This document shows, in pieces, positions 1-12,575 of a DNA stretch of 64,000 nt. The stretch comes from Octopus bimaculoides (lineage: Eukaryota), in NCBI RefSeq assembly GCF_001194135.2, contig NC_068986.1, positions 35,807,839 to 35,871,838 of the forward strand, in the 5' to 3' direction. The first letter of the stretch is position 1, and each line of letters begins with the position of its first letter. The notes under the pieces are model-generated. The model was not told the origin of the DNA. It was given only the letters and a program-made list of their open reading frames with translations, and did not search any database. Position numbers and translations under genes: made by a program.

Positions 1-360
1 ACAAAGAGAAACAACCTCAAGTAGTTCATGGTTTTCTACCATACATCTGTACAATATTCTTGACCCAGGAGGGTAACAGGCTAATCTAAACTATTACCGG
101 AGAGCAGTGGAATATAGTTCGCCACTGTGGTTTGATTCGATTCCAATACATTCTTTGTTCTATGCTAACGACACTTAAGGAGTTATAAGCAAACTCAATA
201 CCCAGAAGGATCTGAAAACAGAGACTTGAAAGAGAAACCTAATTACCGAACAAAAAGATAAATCTGTGCATTAGCGTTTGTAGTATGTCTTTGCTACATC
301 AATGCTTCCTTGATGTTTATAATTATTAGTGGTAGACATTACTGAGCGGGAAAAGGAAAA

Positions 361-417
361 CATATCGAAGTTGTTTTGTAAGTTGTTTTGTATGTGTGTG
401 TATAAATAAATAAATAA

Positions 418-495
<78 letters not shown>

Positions 496-520
496 ACAAA
501 CATACATACATAAATCTGTG
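361..520. repeat. Compound (AAAT)n(CA)n microsatellite
   Basis: Directly visible. One example of dozens of (CA), (TA), (GA), (TAA), (TATG) and (TCTA) arrays in the window. Confidence 0.95.
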
Positions 521-888
521 TGTCCCCAGCTACGCATACAGAAATGTATATTTTCTTTCTCTCTCCCCTCATATACATATATATAAAGTGATCAATGGAA
601 TAAGAACTAGGCTTACCAAAATTAAGTACTGGGGTCGATTCATATGCATGTATACTCGTCTATAGTTTCAGCAATGCAGATGTGGCTATGCTGGAGCATT
701 ATATATATAAAGTGACGGTATGTTGTCAACTTAATGTGACAGTCCCATGAAAGGGAAAATGTTACTGCTATCTACCCCTAGTAAACACCGTTTCTTGTTG
801 GCCATGACACATTTTCTGTGTCCTTATGTGTTCAAAGGGGAAGATAAGCACCTCCACCCAACAAGGTATATATATATATACTTAATTT

Positions 889-920
<32 letters not shown>

Positions 921-1073
921 CTTAATTTTGTGTATATATATATATATATATATATAGATTGCTGGGTTGAGGTGCTTATTGAAGAGAAGTGTAATTAATA
1001 TAATTGCGTAGCTACAACAACATAAATACTTTTACAAGCATAGATGCAATTTGTGTTTATATAATTTCTTGTT

Positions 1074-1730
1074 ATGACCGTTGATCTTGAAACAGAGAGG
1101 TTTTGTGTTCATTTTAAGTCAAATGGTTTCAAGTTTGCTAAAGAGTTTTTAGATTTTGTGGGAATTAGGGAAAGGAGCGTCTGGTCGAGGAATAATTTTT
1201 GCTTTATTGGCGATCGCCTTGAAGTCGAAGATTTTAAACTAACGGAGACAACACTAGAATATCACATGGGGAAACAAAATTAGATCTGGTTATGCAAATA
1301 ATCAATTGCATAATCAAATTCCTGTACTTTTGGAGAACTACGTTGCGTGAAAAAATTGTAGTGATTAAAAAATGACTGTCCAACTGTACTCCTTGTTGAC
1401 TCCAGTTTCTTCAATTTTATATTCACACACGACGAATGCTCAGTCAGGCTGACCATAACGTCTGGATACGTGGGAAATATTGCTAATATCCCGTGGGATA
1501 GGCTCCACGCTCACCAAATATTAATCCCTTTGGCTTCTTTTAGTGGGATTATAATGAAGGAGAAGAAGTAATCAATAAAAATTAGAGATAGGAACCATCT
1601 GAAGGAAGGCATCATTAGTGAACGTGCTCAAATTAACGGAAGTGTGGAGTACTGCATCGGAATCTCACAAAGCATATCAAACTTTGCAACAGTAAAGATG
1701 AAAACCACGGCAAAAATGTTATTTATTATT
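1074..1730 (+). mobile_element. Highly decayed IS630-Tc1-mariner transposase catalytic region
   Basis: Ordered remnants across frameshifts and stops: TETTLEYHMGKQN*IW (~DEATFH..G.VN.QN.RIW), NFIFTHDEC (~FIFQQDGA), *APRSPNINPFGFF*WDY (~WPPRSPDLTPLDFFLWGY), RDRNHLKEGI (~RDL..LK..I). Confidence 0.6.
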
Positions 1731-1909
1731 GTAGTTGAATAAAATTATTGAAAATATGCATTTTTGCTTATGTATCCTGATTTTACAGTTATCTTGGTTA
1801 TAGATATACAAATATATATCAAACATTTCTCCCTCTCTCTCTATTCCTCTATCTATGTGCATGCATCTCTCTCTATTCCTCTATCTATGTGCATGCATCT
1901 CTCTCTATC

Positions 1910-1963
<54 letters not shown>

Positions 1964-2499
1964 TATGTGCATTCATATGTGCATATATATGTGCATATGT
2001 GTGCATGGTGTGTGTGTATGTGTATGTGATGTAAATGAGGAATAATGACATATCATGCATACTTTTCTCAAAAGAAAATCAAAATTATAAATGATAAGAA
2101 AAATGCGAGAATCATGTTAGTGGTAGGTCAGTAACACTTAAAACTTTGGAATTCTATTAGTCGACTCCTATTAACTCAATCATATATTATACTGGAGTGA
2201 AACAGAAATAGAAGCCAAGATATTACGTATATATTCGGAATTCAAAAGTATAAGGATATAACAGAATCATAGTGTTCAGTTTGAGGATGTTGCATCAATT
2301 CCTGAGGGAAATTATAACCTGTGTGCTAGTATCTTACAGCTACTAACATTCGAAGTTAAGATACTGTCAGTTATGATACTGTATCGTAAAAACACATTTC
2401 ATACGAAAGTTGACAAGCTACTCCAATGGGAATTGTCGGTATAGAGGCATGTATGCGCTGAGACGAAAACATACATCTATCTATACGTACATATATAAA

Positions 2500-2565
<66 letters not shown>

Positions 2566-2610
2566 GCACACACACACACACATATATATGTATATATATA
2601 TATTTATATA

Positions 2611-2651
<41 letters not shown>

Positions 2652-4314
2652 ATCATCTAAATGCAGGTAGATCCATACATGCGTACTTATGCACAGATAA
2701 AAATCTAGATGAGTATGTGTGTCTAGAGGTGTACGTTGATAAACAAAAGATTGACTATGCGGAAAATTAGTTCACTTCGCGAACACATTCTAGGTCTCTC
2801 TTCATGTAATCATCGTCGGCCTGCCTGGTGTGTGCTGTCTATGCTCTGTGTAGATGATGCATAATTTTGAAAAGTTAAAAGAAATGAAGGGTATTTATTT
2901 TATTTTCGAAAGGGTGAGTGTTCTTGGACAAAACTGAACCCTGGGGCACATCTTTCTGCCTCTGCCTCTCCCCTTCTCTTTATATATACATATGTATTTA
3001 TACAAGAGACAGGCGGACAGGCAGAAAGAGAAAGGCTGATGGAAAATTAGCCAGTTAGCAAAATGAACATTTTAAATATAAAAGAAAATAGACACCATCT
3101 TTGGTCTTCAATTTTAACGCCAAATGTTAAAATCAGAACCAGCTTAACCAACGTATTACAAAATATTTTGTTTGCCCTATTGTTGGCGTGAATCATACAT
3201 ACAAGATGAAAATCTTTTGTGATAGTATTTTTTGGGCTAAAACTTATGTCACAAAGCTGGAAGTAGTTGCGTGGGATACAGAAGAGAAGGAAAAGTCGCA
3301 ATAAAAACAAAAAAAACGACAGAAGTTCTGAGCTTCAGGTGGCTGAATTGTGCTATGGAATTGCCAAGATCTTGAATCTGTCTCCAGTTTGGTTGCTATA
3401 CAGCTTGATGCGTAAGGTGAGGATTGTAGGTAGCCTATGTGAGATACACCGCGACAACAACGATTCGAGAAAGCTACCTCAATCCAAGTAGTGTTAGACA
3501 GAATGTCTAAACTTTGAAGAAGGAAAAAAAATAAAACGATCTCACGGTTAATCGAGAAATACTTCAATAAGCTGCTGTTTTGAGGCATTAGGCAGCAAAC
3601 TCTTGAAGCCTGATTATTCTGAAACTACTCTAGGCATTGCAGCATAAAAAGGAAATAAAAAAATAACAGCAAAACAATAATCCCCCACAGCAAAAATGCA
3701 TTACAATTCATACATCAAAAATCTCTATAGAACCTCAAAGCTTATTTGTTTTGAATATTCCATTTAAATGCATTTTATATACTTCACAATGACAAGAACA
3801 ACATGAACGTCAGCAACAGTGGTAGCGGTAGAAACGATGTCAATATCGATGACGACATCAAGAACGAAAATACAGCAAACATTCAGAACAAAAATAATAC
3901 AGCTGTAAAACACTAGCAACATTTTCTACTGACGTTTTGCTTTTAACAGCCATCTTAATATATTCAAATCACAGTTAGAAGTGGAGCTGGAAATGGCAAA
4001 AGAAACGACCAAGATCTTCTTTTTGTCGTGTTATATTGAGTTGTACTGGAGAATGAATAGCAATTTATAGGTTACCATAAATAGAATCGAGAAAGTATCA
4101 CTATTTCTCCAAAATATTTCAATACCAAATTATTTGTAACTACAGCATACAAAAAGTTAAAAAAGAAAGAATCTATAAAAGGTAAAAATATTATGGGGGA
4201 ATAAAAAGAAAAAAAAATGAAGAAAAGGTCAAAACATTTTCAAAATGAATGATCGACTGTGACATTTTCTGACCGATATTTTTACGACTTTCTAAAAAAG
4301 TACTGTATGATAAT

Positions 4315-4347
<33 letters not shown>

Positions 4348-4584
4348 AATAATAATAATAATAATAATAATATCATGTATAGCTTTTGAAAGAAAGAATG
4401 TCACCAATTATATTGATACTAATATTAAACTGTTGTTGAGGGTGTTAAACCGAGAAGGATGAAAGCCAAAGATCAAATTTGATGGGACTATATACTCCAA
4501 TCATAAAGTGAGTTATCATCATACAAGTTACTTTGTCCACACTGATACTTATGTGACAGCAACACTTCTTCTTCTTCTTCTTCT

Positions 4585-4778
4585 AATTGTTTTGGAATTT
4601 TGGCACAAGGTCGGCAATTTTGAGAGAGAGGAGTATTAGTCGCTATCCGGTACTTAATTTTAATTGATCTCGGAAGAATGAAAGACAAAGTTGACGTCCG
4701 TGAAATTTGAACTCAGGATGTATTCAGCCTAGCTAAATATTGCAAATTATTTTGTGCGCTGCTCTCACCATTCTGCCA
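4585..4778 (-). mobile_element. Degenerate SINE family B copy
   Basis: Similar to the 20297-20725 and 40016-40462 copies (ttttggcacaagg...tacttaatt...gaatgaaagacaaagttgac...aatttgaactcag). Confidence 0.65.
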
Positions 4779-6190
4779 TGACTTTTTAGCAGTTGCTCTC
4801 AAAACAATGGTAAGTAATCAGAAGAAACTAATAACAATACATTGTAAGACATTCTAATCGAGCAGACCTTTGATAAAATACACTCCAGCTATGAGCGTTC
4901 CATCTTTTTATTGGTATGTAGGACTGTATTATATTATTGGCAATTTTCTTTTAAGCACGAAATAGAGTGATTTCCAAGATTTGGCTGCTATTTCTAGTTG
5001 CTGAGCGATCACGTAGAAGATCCTTGGACGACAGTGTCAGTGGGAAACTTTGAACTTATTGAAATGTTTCTTCAGTCTAAAGCTTTTAACCCGCCATTCA
5101 AATGTCCCAGTCTATTTATTTTATTTTTACATTAAGAACTTAGAGAAAGCAAAGACTGAGAGGAATAGTCAATCCTTTGAATGTACGTAGCGAAAGATCG
5201 ATTTCTTCCATTTCACAACTGGTAAGAGGATAAAGATTTATTATCAAACCAGCGAAGGGGAAGATTACACTTTTATTCTGTGTTTTTCTTTATATTTTAA
5301 TTGTTTATTAAATTAGAGCTTTCATGAATAAATATTATGATGTGAGATCGAATAGAATAACTTGATGTAAAACCTGAAGCGTGAGAATTAACTCTGAGGA
5401 TAAAGAAAGAGCCAAAACTTTCATCTTAATAGCTGTAATCTGCAATGATACCAGTACACATAAGTTACTGAGACACTAGACCTAATTCTAAATCTAAATA
5501 AAGGCTTAAATTAAAAGGGAGTTTCATAGCATATGTATCTTCATTATTTACATTGTGTGGGCTTTTTAGAATATTCTCTGGTCAATTCCTACCACTTCTA
5601 TGTTTGTTATTAATCCTATTATTTTCCATCGTTAAAAATCAGAGACAATCTTTAAAAGTTCTGAATTACATTTACGCCAACAATGAGGTATGACAAGACA
5701 AATTCTAATTAAGTAAAGAGTAGTAGAAAAGGCTAATTAAGTTGATAAAGCTTATACGAACCCAGCATATTTGCTCGTCCTCACCATAACGCATCCTCTA
5801 TTCTTTAATTTTTTTCTTCTATTTGAGTATGGATCAACATAATCATTATTTCTTAAGAAATATATCTTACTGTGTGCCAGAAAAAATACCAGAAATATCT
5901 AATCAACAATCAGTTGGCACTCATTAAGATAAATTACTTCGAGAACACATTCTCAGTAAAAGCGAAAACATCAAAAGCAAAAACCGCCTCGCACTTTATT
6001 ATTTTGCCAAATAATAACTCTTTCTTTTGTATCAGTGTAGTAAAGTTTGGCATTCAGCCTGAATCAGTTCGAATTTTGCAGACAATATTGTGCACGACAC
6101 CAGAATTAGTCTATGTAACTATGGTTAATGAATGTTATTACTAAGCTTTTACTAATGGTAACAGATAACTAAATAGAATGATTCTAAAGT

Positions 6191-6571
6191 TGTTGTTGTT
6201 GGCACTCCGTCGCTTACGACGTCGAGGGTTCCAGTTGATCCGCTCAACAGAACAGCCTGCTCGTGAAATTAACGTGCAAGTGGCTGAGTACTCCACAGAC
6301 ACGTGTACCCTTAACGTAGTTCTCGGGGATATTCAGAGTGACACAGTGTGACAACGATGGCCCTTTGAATTACAGGCACAACAGAAACAGGAGTAAGAGA
6401 AAGTTATGGTGAAACAGTACAGTAGGGTTCGCCACCATCCCCTGCCGGAGCCTCGTGGAGCTTTAGGTGTTTTCGCTCAATAAACACTCACAACGCCCGG
6501 TCTGGGAATCGAAACCGCGATCCTATGACCGCGAGTCCGCTGCCTTAACCACTGGGCCATTGCGCCTCCAG
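6191..6571 (-). mobile_element. Full-length tRNA-derived SINE (family A) with 12-bp TSD
   Basis: Reverse complement of 9481-9863, with A/B-box head at the right end and (CAA)n tail. TSD tgattctaaagt at 6179-6190 and 6572-6583. Confidence 0.9.
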
Positions 6572-9480
6572 TGATTCTAAAGTACGTTGAGTGTTAATAA
6601 CAAAATTAATAAGGAAGATGGATGGGTTGTGAAATGCATCATAAAGATATTACCATAAACTTACACTTCGTGCAAAGTATGAAGGTTACTACCGAAGAAT
6701 AGGGTCATCTACCACTGCATTCGATTTTTATTAAATACAATTTCGAGGTTGTCTCATGTTTTCTTAACAAGAATAAACTATAACGTTAATTATTTTTCCA
6801 TTTCAAGAGGGCATGTAATAAGAATTAATTAAAATATCGTTTCTATATTAATAAATTCCCACAACTTGTACTCAGCATTGCAGGTTAACGGAATACACTT
6901 TCATTTAACAGTGTTTCCATTTCCGCAAACATGTAAATTATTAGAGCAAAGTGAATCAGGTTATTTCAGAGCTAAGTGCCTTTATAAATACGAAAGGTAG
7001 TACATATGACGGGAGTCGAACTCCTAACTATCGAAGACAGTTGTGAATCTCTGACAATTACTTTCACAAGTAATCTTTCACAAGTACTTAGGATATCAGA
7101 CAAGTTGATTATGGACTATTGTCTGCCCTGATCAAACAAATTTAAGACAAAAAACAAACTAACCTTCACCATTCCTTCTTCATTTATGTGCTGGGAATTC
7201 AGGATTACACTATCCAATATGTTTTGTTTTTCAAGGGCATATCTGAGGCGACTTGAGAGAGAGTTTTGACTTACATGTTAATCGGTTACTTAGAGTATTC
7301 CCCATGGTTCGTCATGTGATATTGCTTTAGATTATGGTAATAAAAAGACAAATTGTGAAAGTTAAAAGCCTTTTTTCAAATACAGTATGTGAATTATCAA
7401 GCCAGACAGCTTTTCAGATTGTGCCGCTAAAATAAATGTGTGTAAAATGTTTTGCAATTTTCGTACGAATTTGAACGGATTGTTGATATCCTTTCAGGTA
7501 ACCATTTAGTATTTTTATTGTTTTACCCGTTTGCTTGTTTCGGTTATTGAACTATAAGCCATACCGGAACACTGCCTATAGTACGAGACAATTATCACCA
7601 CTTCCGCCACTCGGACTACCAGATCACGTGATTTCGGCCTGATTTGGCTTTTTAGTGATTGACATCAAGCGGCTGAAACTAGCAGCAACTGCGGATTTAG
7701 CTGTAGTCCATAAAAAAACAGACTCTGATAAGAAAGAACTGCGTTTCATTTCTATATCTTTTACGCAATGTTTATACGTTAGAAATGTTTACAGTTTTCT
7801 TATTCGTTCCTATATCAAAATAATAGCAACAATGTTTTTTCACCTATCAACGAATCCTTCAAACAATACTGCAAAATAACACTTCTAAGCAATGTCTTCA
7901 AAGAAATAAGTTTACTGTGCAAAATAACTCAAGTCAAGAAATACATTTTATTTCTTATTATCAATCAAACAGTTGCTTATTATAGAAATAGACATGTGAA
8001 CTTTCGTCCCACTCCATCACCATCACCACCACCTCATACACATAGGGAATCTTTTGTTGGTAAGCTATGAAAGAAATACATTCCATTGTTTTCTTGCGAA
8101 AATACACATTTTAAGCTTTACTGAAGCAGCAACCAGCGAGTGCCCACCTCCCAGCAAACAATATATACACAACCACACACCACACACACAAACACATACG
8201 TACACGCATGCGATCAAACTATACAAGAATTTCTACAGGTGCCGTAGGAAAGGATGCTGGTGTAATTTAGAATTTCTATCTATAATATTACATATTTGTA
8301 AGATAAATTTATTCATCCTTCACCATCGCATCTCATCATATACGAACATCGTGAAGATAGTTCCATTCTGTATCCTGCTTTATGTATTATTTGTTGTAGG
8401 TTAAATCCAAAGAAGAATATCTTGACGTTTCGTCAGATCGGAATGTATTAATCTTTATGTTTGTGTTGCAGTCGGTCTTGATGTGGTTGCTTTGTCAGTG
8501 AGAATTTTCTCTCAGAAATGCATGGCTTTATTGTAGAAAGAAGAAGATTCTCCATATATCTTATATTTCTAAACATTTCCGCCTATAGCATTACGTAAGC
8601 TAAAATCTCGTTTCTACTCTGAGACATAAAAATAGAATTTTATATATGTATGTATATATGTATGTATGTATATCGTCTTCGTATTTGCTTTACAATATAC
8701 GTTATGTGAATTCATTCATCTATTGAAAACAATTTTGTTGTGTCTTGGGTGGGTAATTACGCCAATAATAATACACGCACTGGTCCAATAGCCTATCTTA
8801 ATTGTTAGTCAATTGGTGGAATATCTATACACCTGACTGATCGTTTGTTTAATATGTTGGTTAAACAATCGATCGGTTATGTTTTCTTTTCCAAAGTGCT
8901 TTCGTCGCTATTCGCGCTCTCATCAATGCCATGACTTCTCTCTTTAGGGTCTGCTTTGACGAAAGAGAGCGTGTCGTTGATGTGGGCTAGCGACAAAAGG
9001 ACTTTGACAAGCATGCAACCGACTGATTGTTTAAACATGGTGAGCATTACTTCAATTAATACTGCATTTCCGCTATTTTGACTGATTGTCGAAAATATTG
9101 TGACGAGTGGATATCATTTAACAGATATTTCATCCCCATTGAAAGGAATAAAATGCACTATTTTAAAATCGACAGCCTTCCATTTGTTGTATAACCTCGT
9201 TAAATATGTCTAACAATGTTTTAAAAGATCTCATATTTCTGTCAGACAAGAAAAGGCAAAACCCATGACATTTGTTAGGGTCTTTGAAACTGTTAGAAGG
9301 AAATGGTGAATTTATTTTCGTACCAGTGACATGGGCCAAACGTTTATAGCAGAACAGATTTCACTAAAGAAACCGAATGAATTGCCTGTAATATTATGCT
9401 GGAACACGGATTAATCTGACAAAAAATAAAAAGTAACATGCTTCTACATTGTTTCACTATACCAAATGTTAGTTTGAACG

Positions 9481-9863
9481 TGGAGGTGCAATGGCCCAGT
9501 GGTTAGGGCGGCGGACTCGCGGTCGTAGGATCGCGGTTTCGATTCCCAGACCGGGCGTTGTGAGTGTTTATTAAGCGCAAACACCTAAAGCTCCACGAGG
9601 CTCTGGCAGGGGGATGGTGGTGAACCCTGCTATACTCTTTCACCATAACTTTCTTTCACTCTATCTTGCTGTTTATGTTGTGCCTGTATTTCAAAGGGTC
9701 GGCCTTGTCACAATCTGTATCACGCTGAATCTCCCCCGAGAATGCGTTAAGGTTACACGTGTCTGTGGAGTGCTCAGCTACTTGCACGTTAATTTCACGA
9801 GCAGGCTGTTCAGTTGATCGGGTCAACTGGAACCCTCGTCGTCGTAACCGACGGAGTGTCAAC
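9481..9863 (+). mobile_element. Full-length tRNA-derived SINE (family A)
   Basis: A box TGGCCCAGTGG (9492-9502) and B box GGTTTCGATTCCC (9535-9547). Collinear with the 6191-6571 copy over its whole length. Confidence 0.9.
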
Positions 9864-10304
9864 CAGTCTGGCTCTAGCCAAGAATATAGCAGTAGAAAAG
9901 TCGATAACTGGGACATGCGTAAAATAATATTTATTTAGTAAATGTCTTAACCCTCATAGCATACTAGCAGCAGTGTATATGGGTACGTAGATAGAAGAAG
10001 ACCTAGCAAATGATAGATCTATGTATGTATATGTCCCACATAAATATTATGTAATATTTTGCATTATCCAGCGTAATTGATTAGACACACACTCATTCAC
10101 ATATCGATTTCAATCAATCTCTAATTAAATTTCCGCAATGTACAGAGTTACGCAACAGCAAGTGCCAGAAGCGTTCTCTTATCAATGAGAAATACTCTTA
10201 AAAAAAGAGTTTCAGACCCACTACATGTGTGTGTGAATAAATATGAATATATGCAAATTTATGAAAGTATGTGTATATGTATGTTTGTATGTATATACTT
10301 TTCT

Positions 10305-10643
10305 ACTCTAGGCACAAGTCCGGAAATTTTGAGGGAGGGGGGAGGGCAGTCAAATAAATCGACCCCAGCACGCAGCTCGTACTTAATTTATCGACCTTGA
10401 AAGGATGAAAGGTGAAGTCGACCTCGGCGGAATTTGAACTCAGAACGTAAAGACAGACAAAATACCGCTAAGCATTTCGCCCGGCGTGCTAACGTTTCTT
10501 ATTTCTTTACTACCCAGAAGGGGCTAAACACGAAGAGGATAAACAAGAGCAGACAAACGGATTAAGTCAATTATATCGACCCCAGTGCGTAACTGGTACT
10601 TATTTAATCGACCCCGAAAGGATGAAAGGCCAAGTCGACCTCG
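10305..10643 (-). mobile_element. Dimeric SINE family B copy (one unit truncated)
   Basis: Two units of the gaccccag..actggtacttat..tcgaccccgaaaggatgaaaggcaaagtcgacctcg core, joined at aacgtttct|tatttctttact. Confidence 0.8.
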
Positions 10644-11463
10644 ATACAACGATGTATAGATTTTAGTATAGGTGTATACAAACACGCAGACAGACAGACA
10701 GACACACAACTGTATCTATATATATATATNNNNNNNNNNNNNNNNNNNNNNNNNNNNNNNNNNNNNNNNNNNNNNNNNNNNNNNNNNNNNNNNNNNNNNN
10801 NNNNNNNNNNNNNNNNNNNNNNNNNNNNNNNNNNNNNNNNNNNNNNNNNNNNNNNNNNNNNNNNNNNNNNNNNNNNNNNNNNNNNNNNNNNNNNNNNNNN
10901 NNNNNNNNNNNNNNNNNNNNNNNNNNNNNNNNNNNNNNNNNNNNNNNNNNNNNNNNNNNNNNNNNNNNNNNNNNNNNNNNNNNNNNNNNNNNNNNNNNNN
11001 NNNNNNNNNNNNNNNNNNNNNNNNNNNNNNNNNNNNNNNNNNNNNNNNNNNNNNNNNNNNNNNNNNNNNNNNNNNNNNNNNNNNNNNNNNNNNNNNNNNN
11101 NNNNNNNNNNNNNNNNNNNNNNNNNNNNNNNNNNNNNNNNNNNNNNNNNNNNNNNNNNNNNNNNNNNNNNNNNNNNNNNNNNNNNNNNNNNNNNNNNNNN
11201 NNNNNNNNNNNNNNNNNNNNNNNNNNNNNNNNNNNNNNNNNNNNNNNNNNNNNNNNNNNNNNNNNNNNNNNNNNNNNNNNNNNNNNNNNNNNNNNNNNNN
11301 NNNNNNNNNNNNNNNNNNNNNNNNNNNNNNNNNNNNNNNNNNNNNNNNNNNNNNNNNNNNNNNNNNNNNNNNNNNNNNNNNNNNNNNNNNNNNNNNNNNN
11401 NNNNNNNNNNNNNNNNNNNNNNNNNNNNNNNNNNNNNNNNNNNNNNNNNNNNNNNNNNNNNNN

Positions 11464-11564
<101 letters not shown>

Positions 11565-11565
11565 C

Positions 11566-11690
11566 GACTGTCTTTTAGTTTCCGTCTACCAAATAGACTT
11601 ACAAGGCTTTGGTCGCCCCGTGGCTAAAGTGCCACGCAGTGGGACTGAACTCGGGAACATGTGGTTACGAAGCAATCTCCTTACCATATA
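11566..11690 (-). mobile_element. SINE family C, 5' half (tRNA-like head), next to its (CA)n(TA)n tract
   Basis: tttccgtctaccaaat..cacaaggctttggtc..gtgccacgcagtgggactgaac..catgtggtt, shared with 36195-36605. Confidence 0.75.
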
Positions 11691-11937
11691 GATAGATTGC
11701 TCAGCTCATACAATATTCAAGCTGACAAGATCGAGGAGATCGACGATATTAATTCTCCCTGTCGTAACATGGCGCATAAAACATATCACACGCATTCTTT
11801 AGTCACTGAATCTCCCCTGTGCGTATTTGTTTGTAGCAAGTCTATAGCGGTGTAGATTTCTTTTATTATTCTAACGACTACGAATGTTTGAGATTTTCTT
11901 TTGGGACAACCAACACAAACTGTCACCGCGACCAGCA

Positions 11938-12003
<66 letters not shown>

Positions 12004-12524
12004 NNNNNNNNNNNNNNNNNNNNNNNNNNNNNNNNNNNNNNNNNNNNNNNNNNNNNNNNNNNNNNNNNNNNNNNNNNNNNNNNNNNNNNNNNNNNNNNNN
12101 NNNNNNNNNNNNNNNNNNNNNNNNNNNNNNNNNNNNNNNNNNNNNNNNNNNNNNNNNNNNNNNNNNNNNNNNNNNNNNNNNNNNNNNNNNNNNNNNNNNN
12201 NNNNNNNNNNNNNNNNNNNNNNNNNNNNNNNNNNNNNNNNNNNNNNNNNNNNNNNNNNNNNNNNNNNNNNNNNNNNNNNNNNNNNNNNNNNNNNNNNNNN
12301 NNNNNNNNNNNNNNNNNNNNNNNNNNNNNNNNNNNNNNNNNNNNNNNNNNNNNNNNNNNNNNNNNNNNNNNNNNNNNNNNNNNNNNNNNNNNNNNNNNNN
12401 NNNNNNNNNNNNNNNNNNNNNNNNNNNNNNNNNNNNNNNNNNNNNNNNNNNNNNNNNNNNNNNNNNNNNNNNNNNNNNNNNNNNNNNNNNATATATATGT
12501 ATGTACAAAAGAATATTAATACGC

Positions 12525-12575
<51 letters not shown>

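Noticed and set aside
3267-3620. Possible transposase C-terminus (ILNLSPVWLLYSLMRKV)
   Set aside because: Similarity is too weak to separate from chance.
8420-8445. CTGACGAAACGTC on minus, a hammerhead-like core
   Set aside because: There is no stem II and no stem I pairing.
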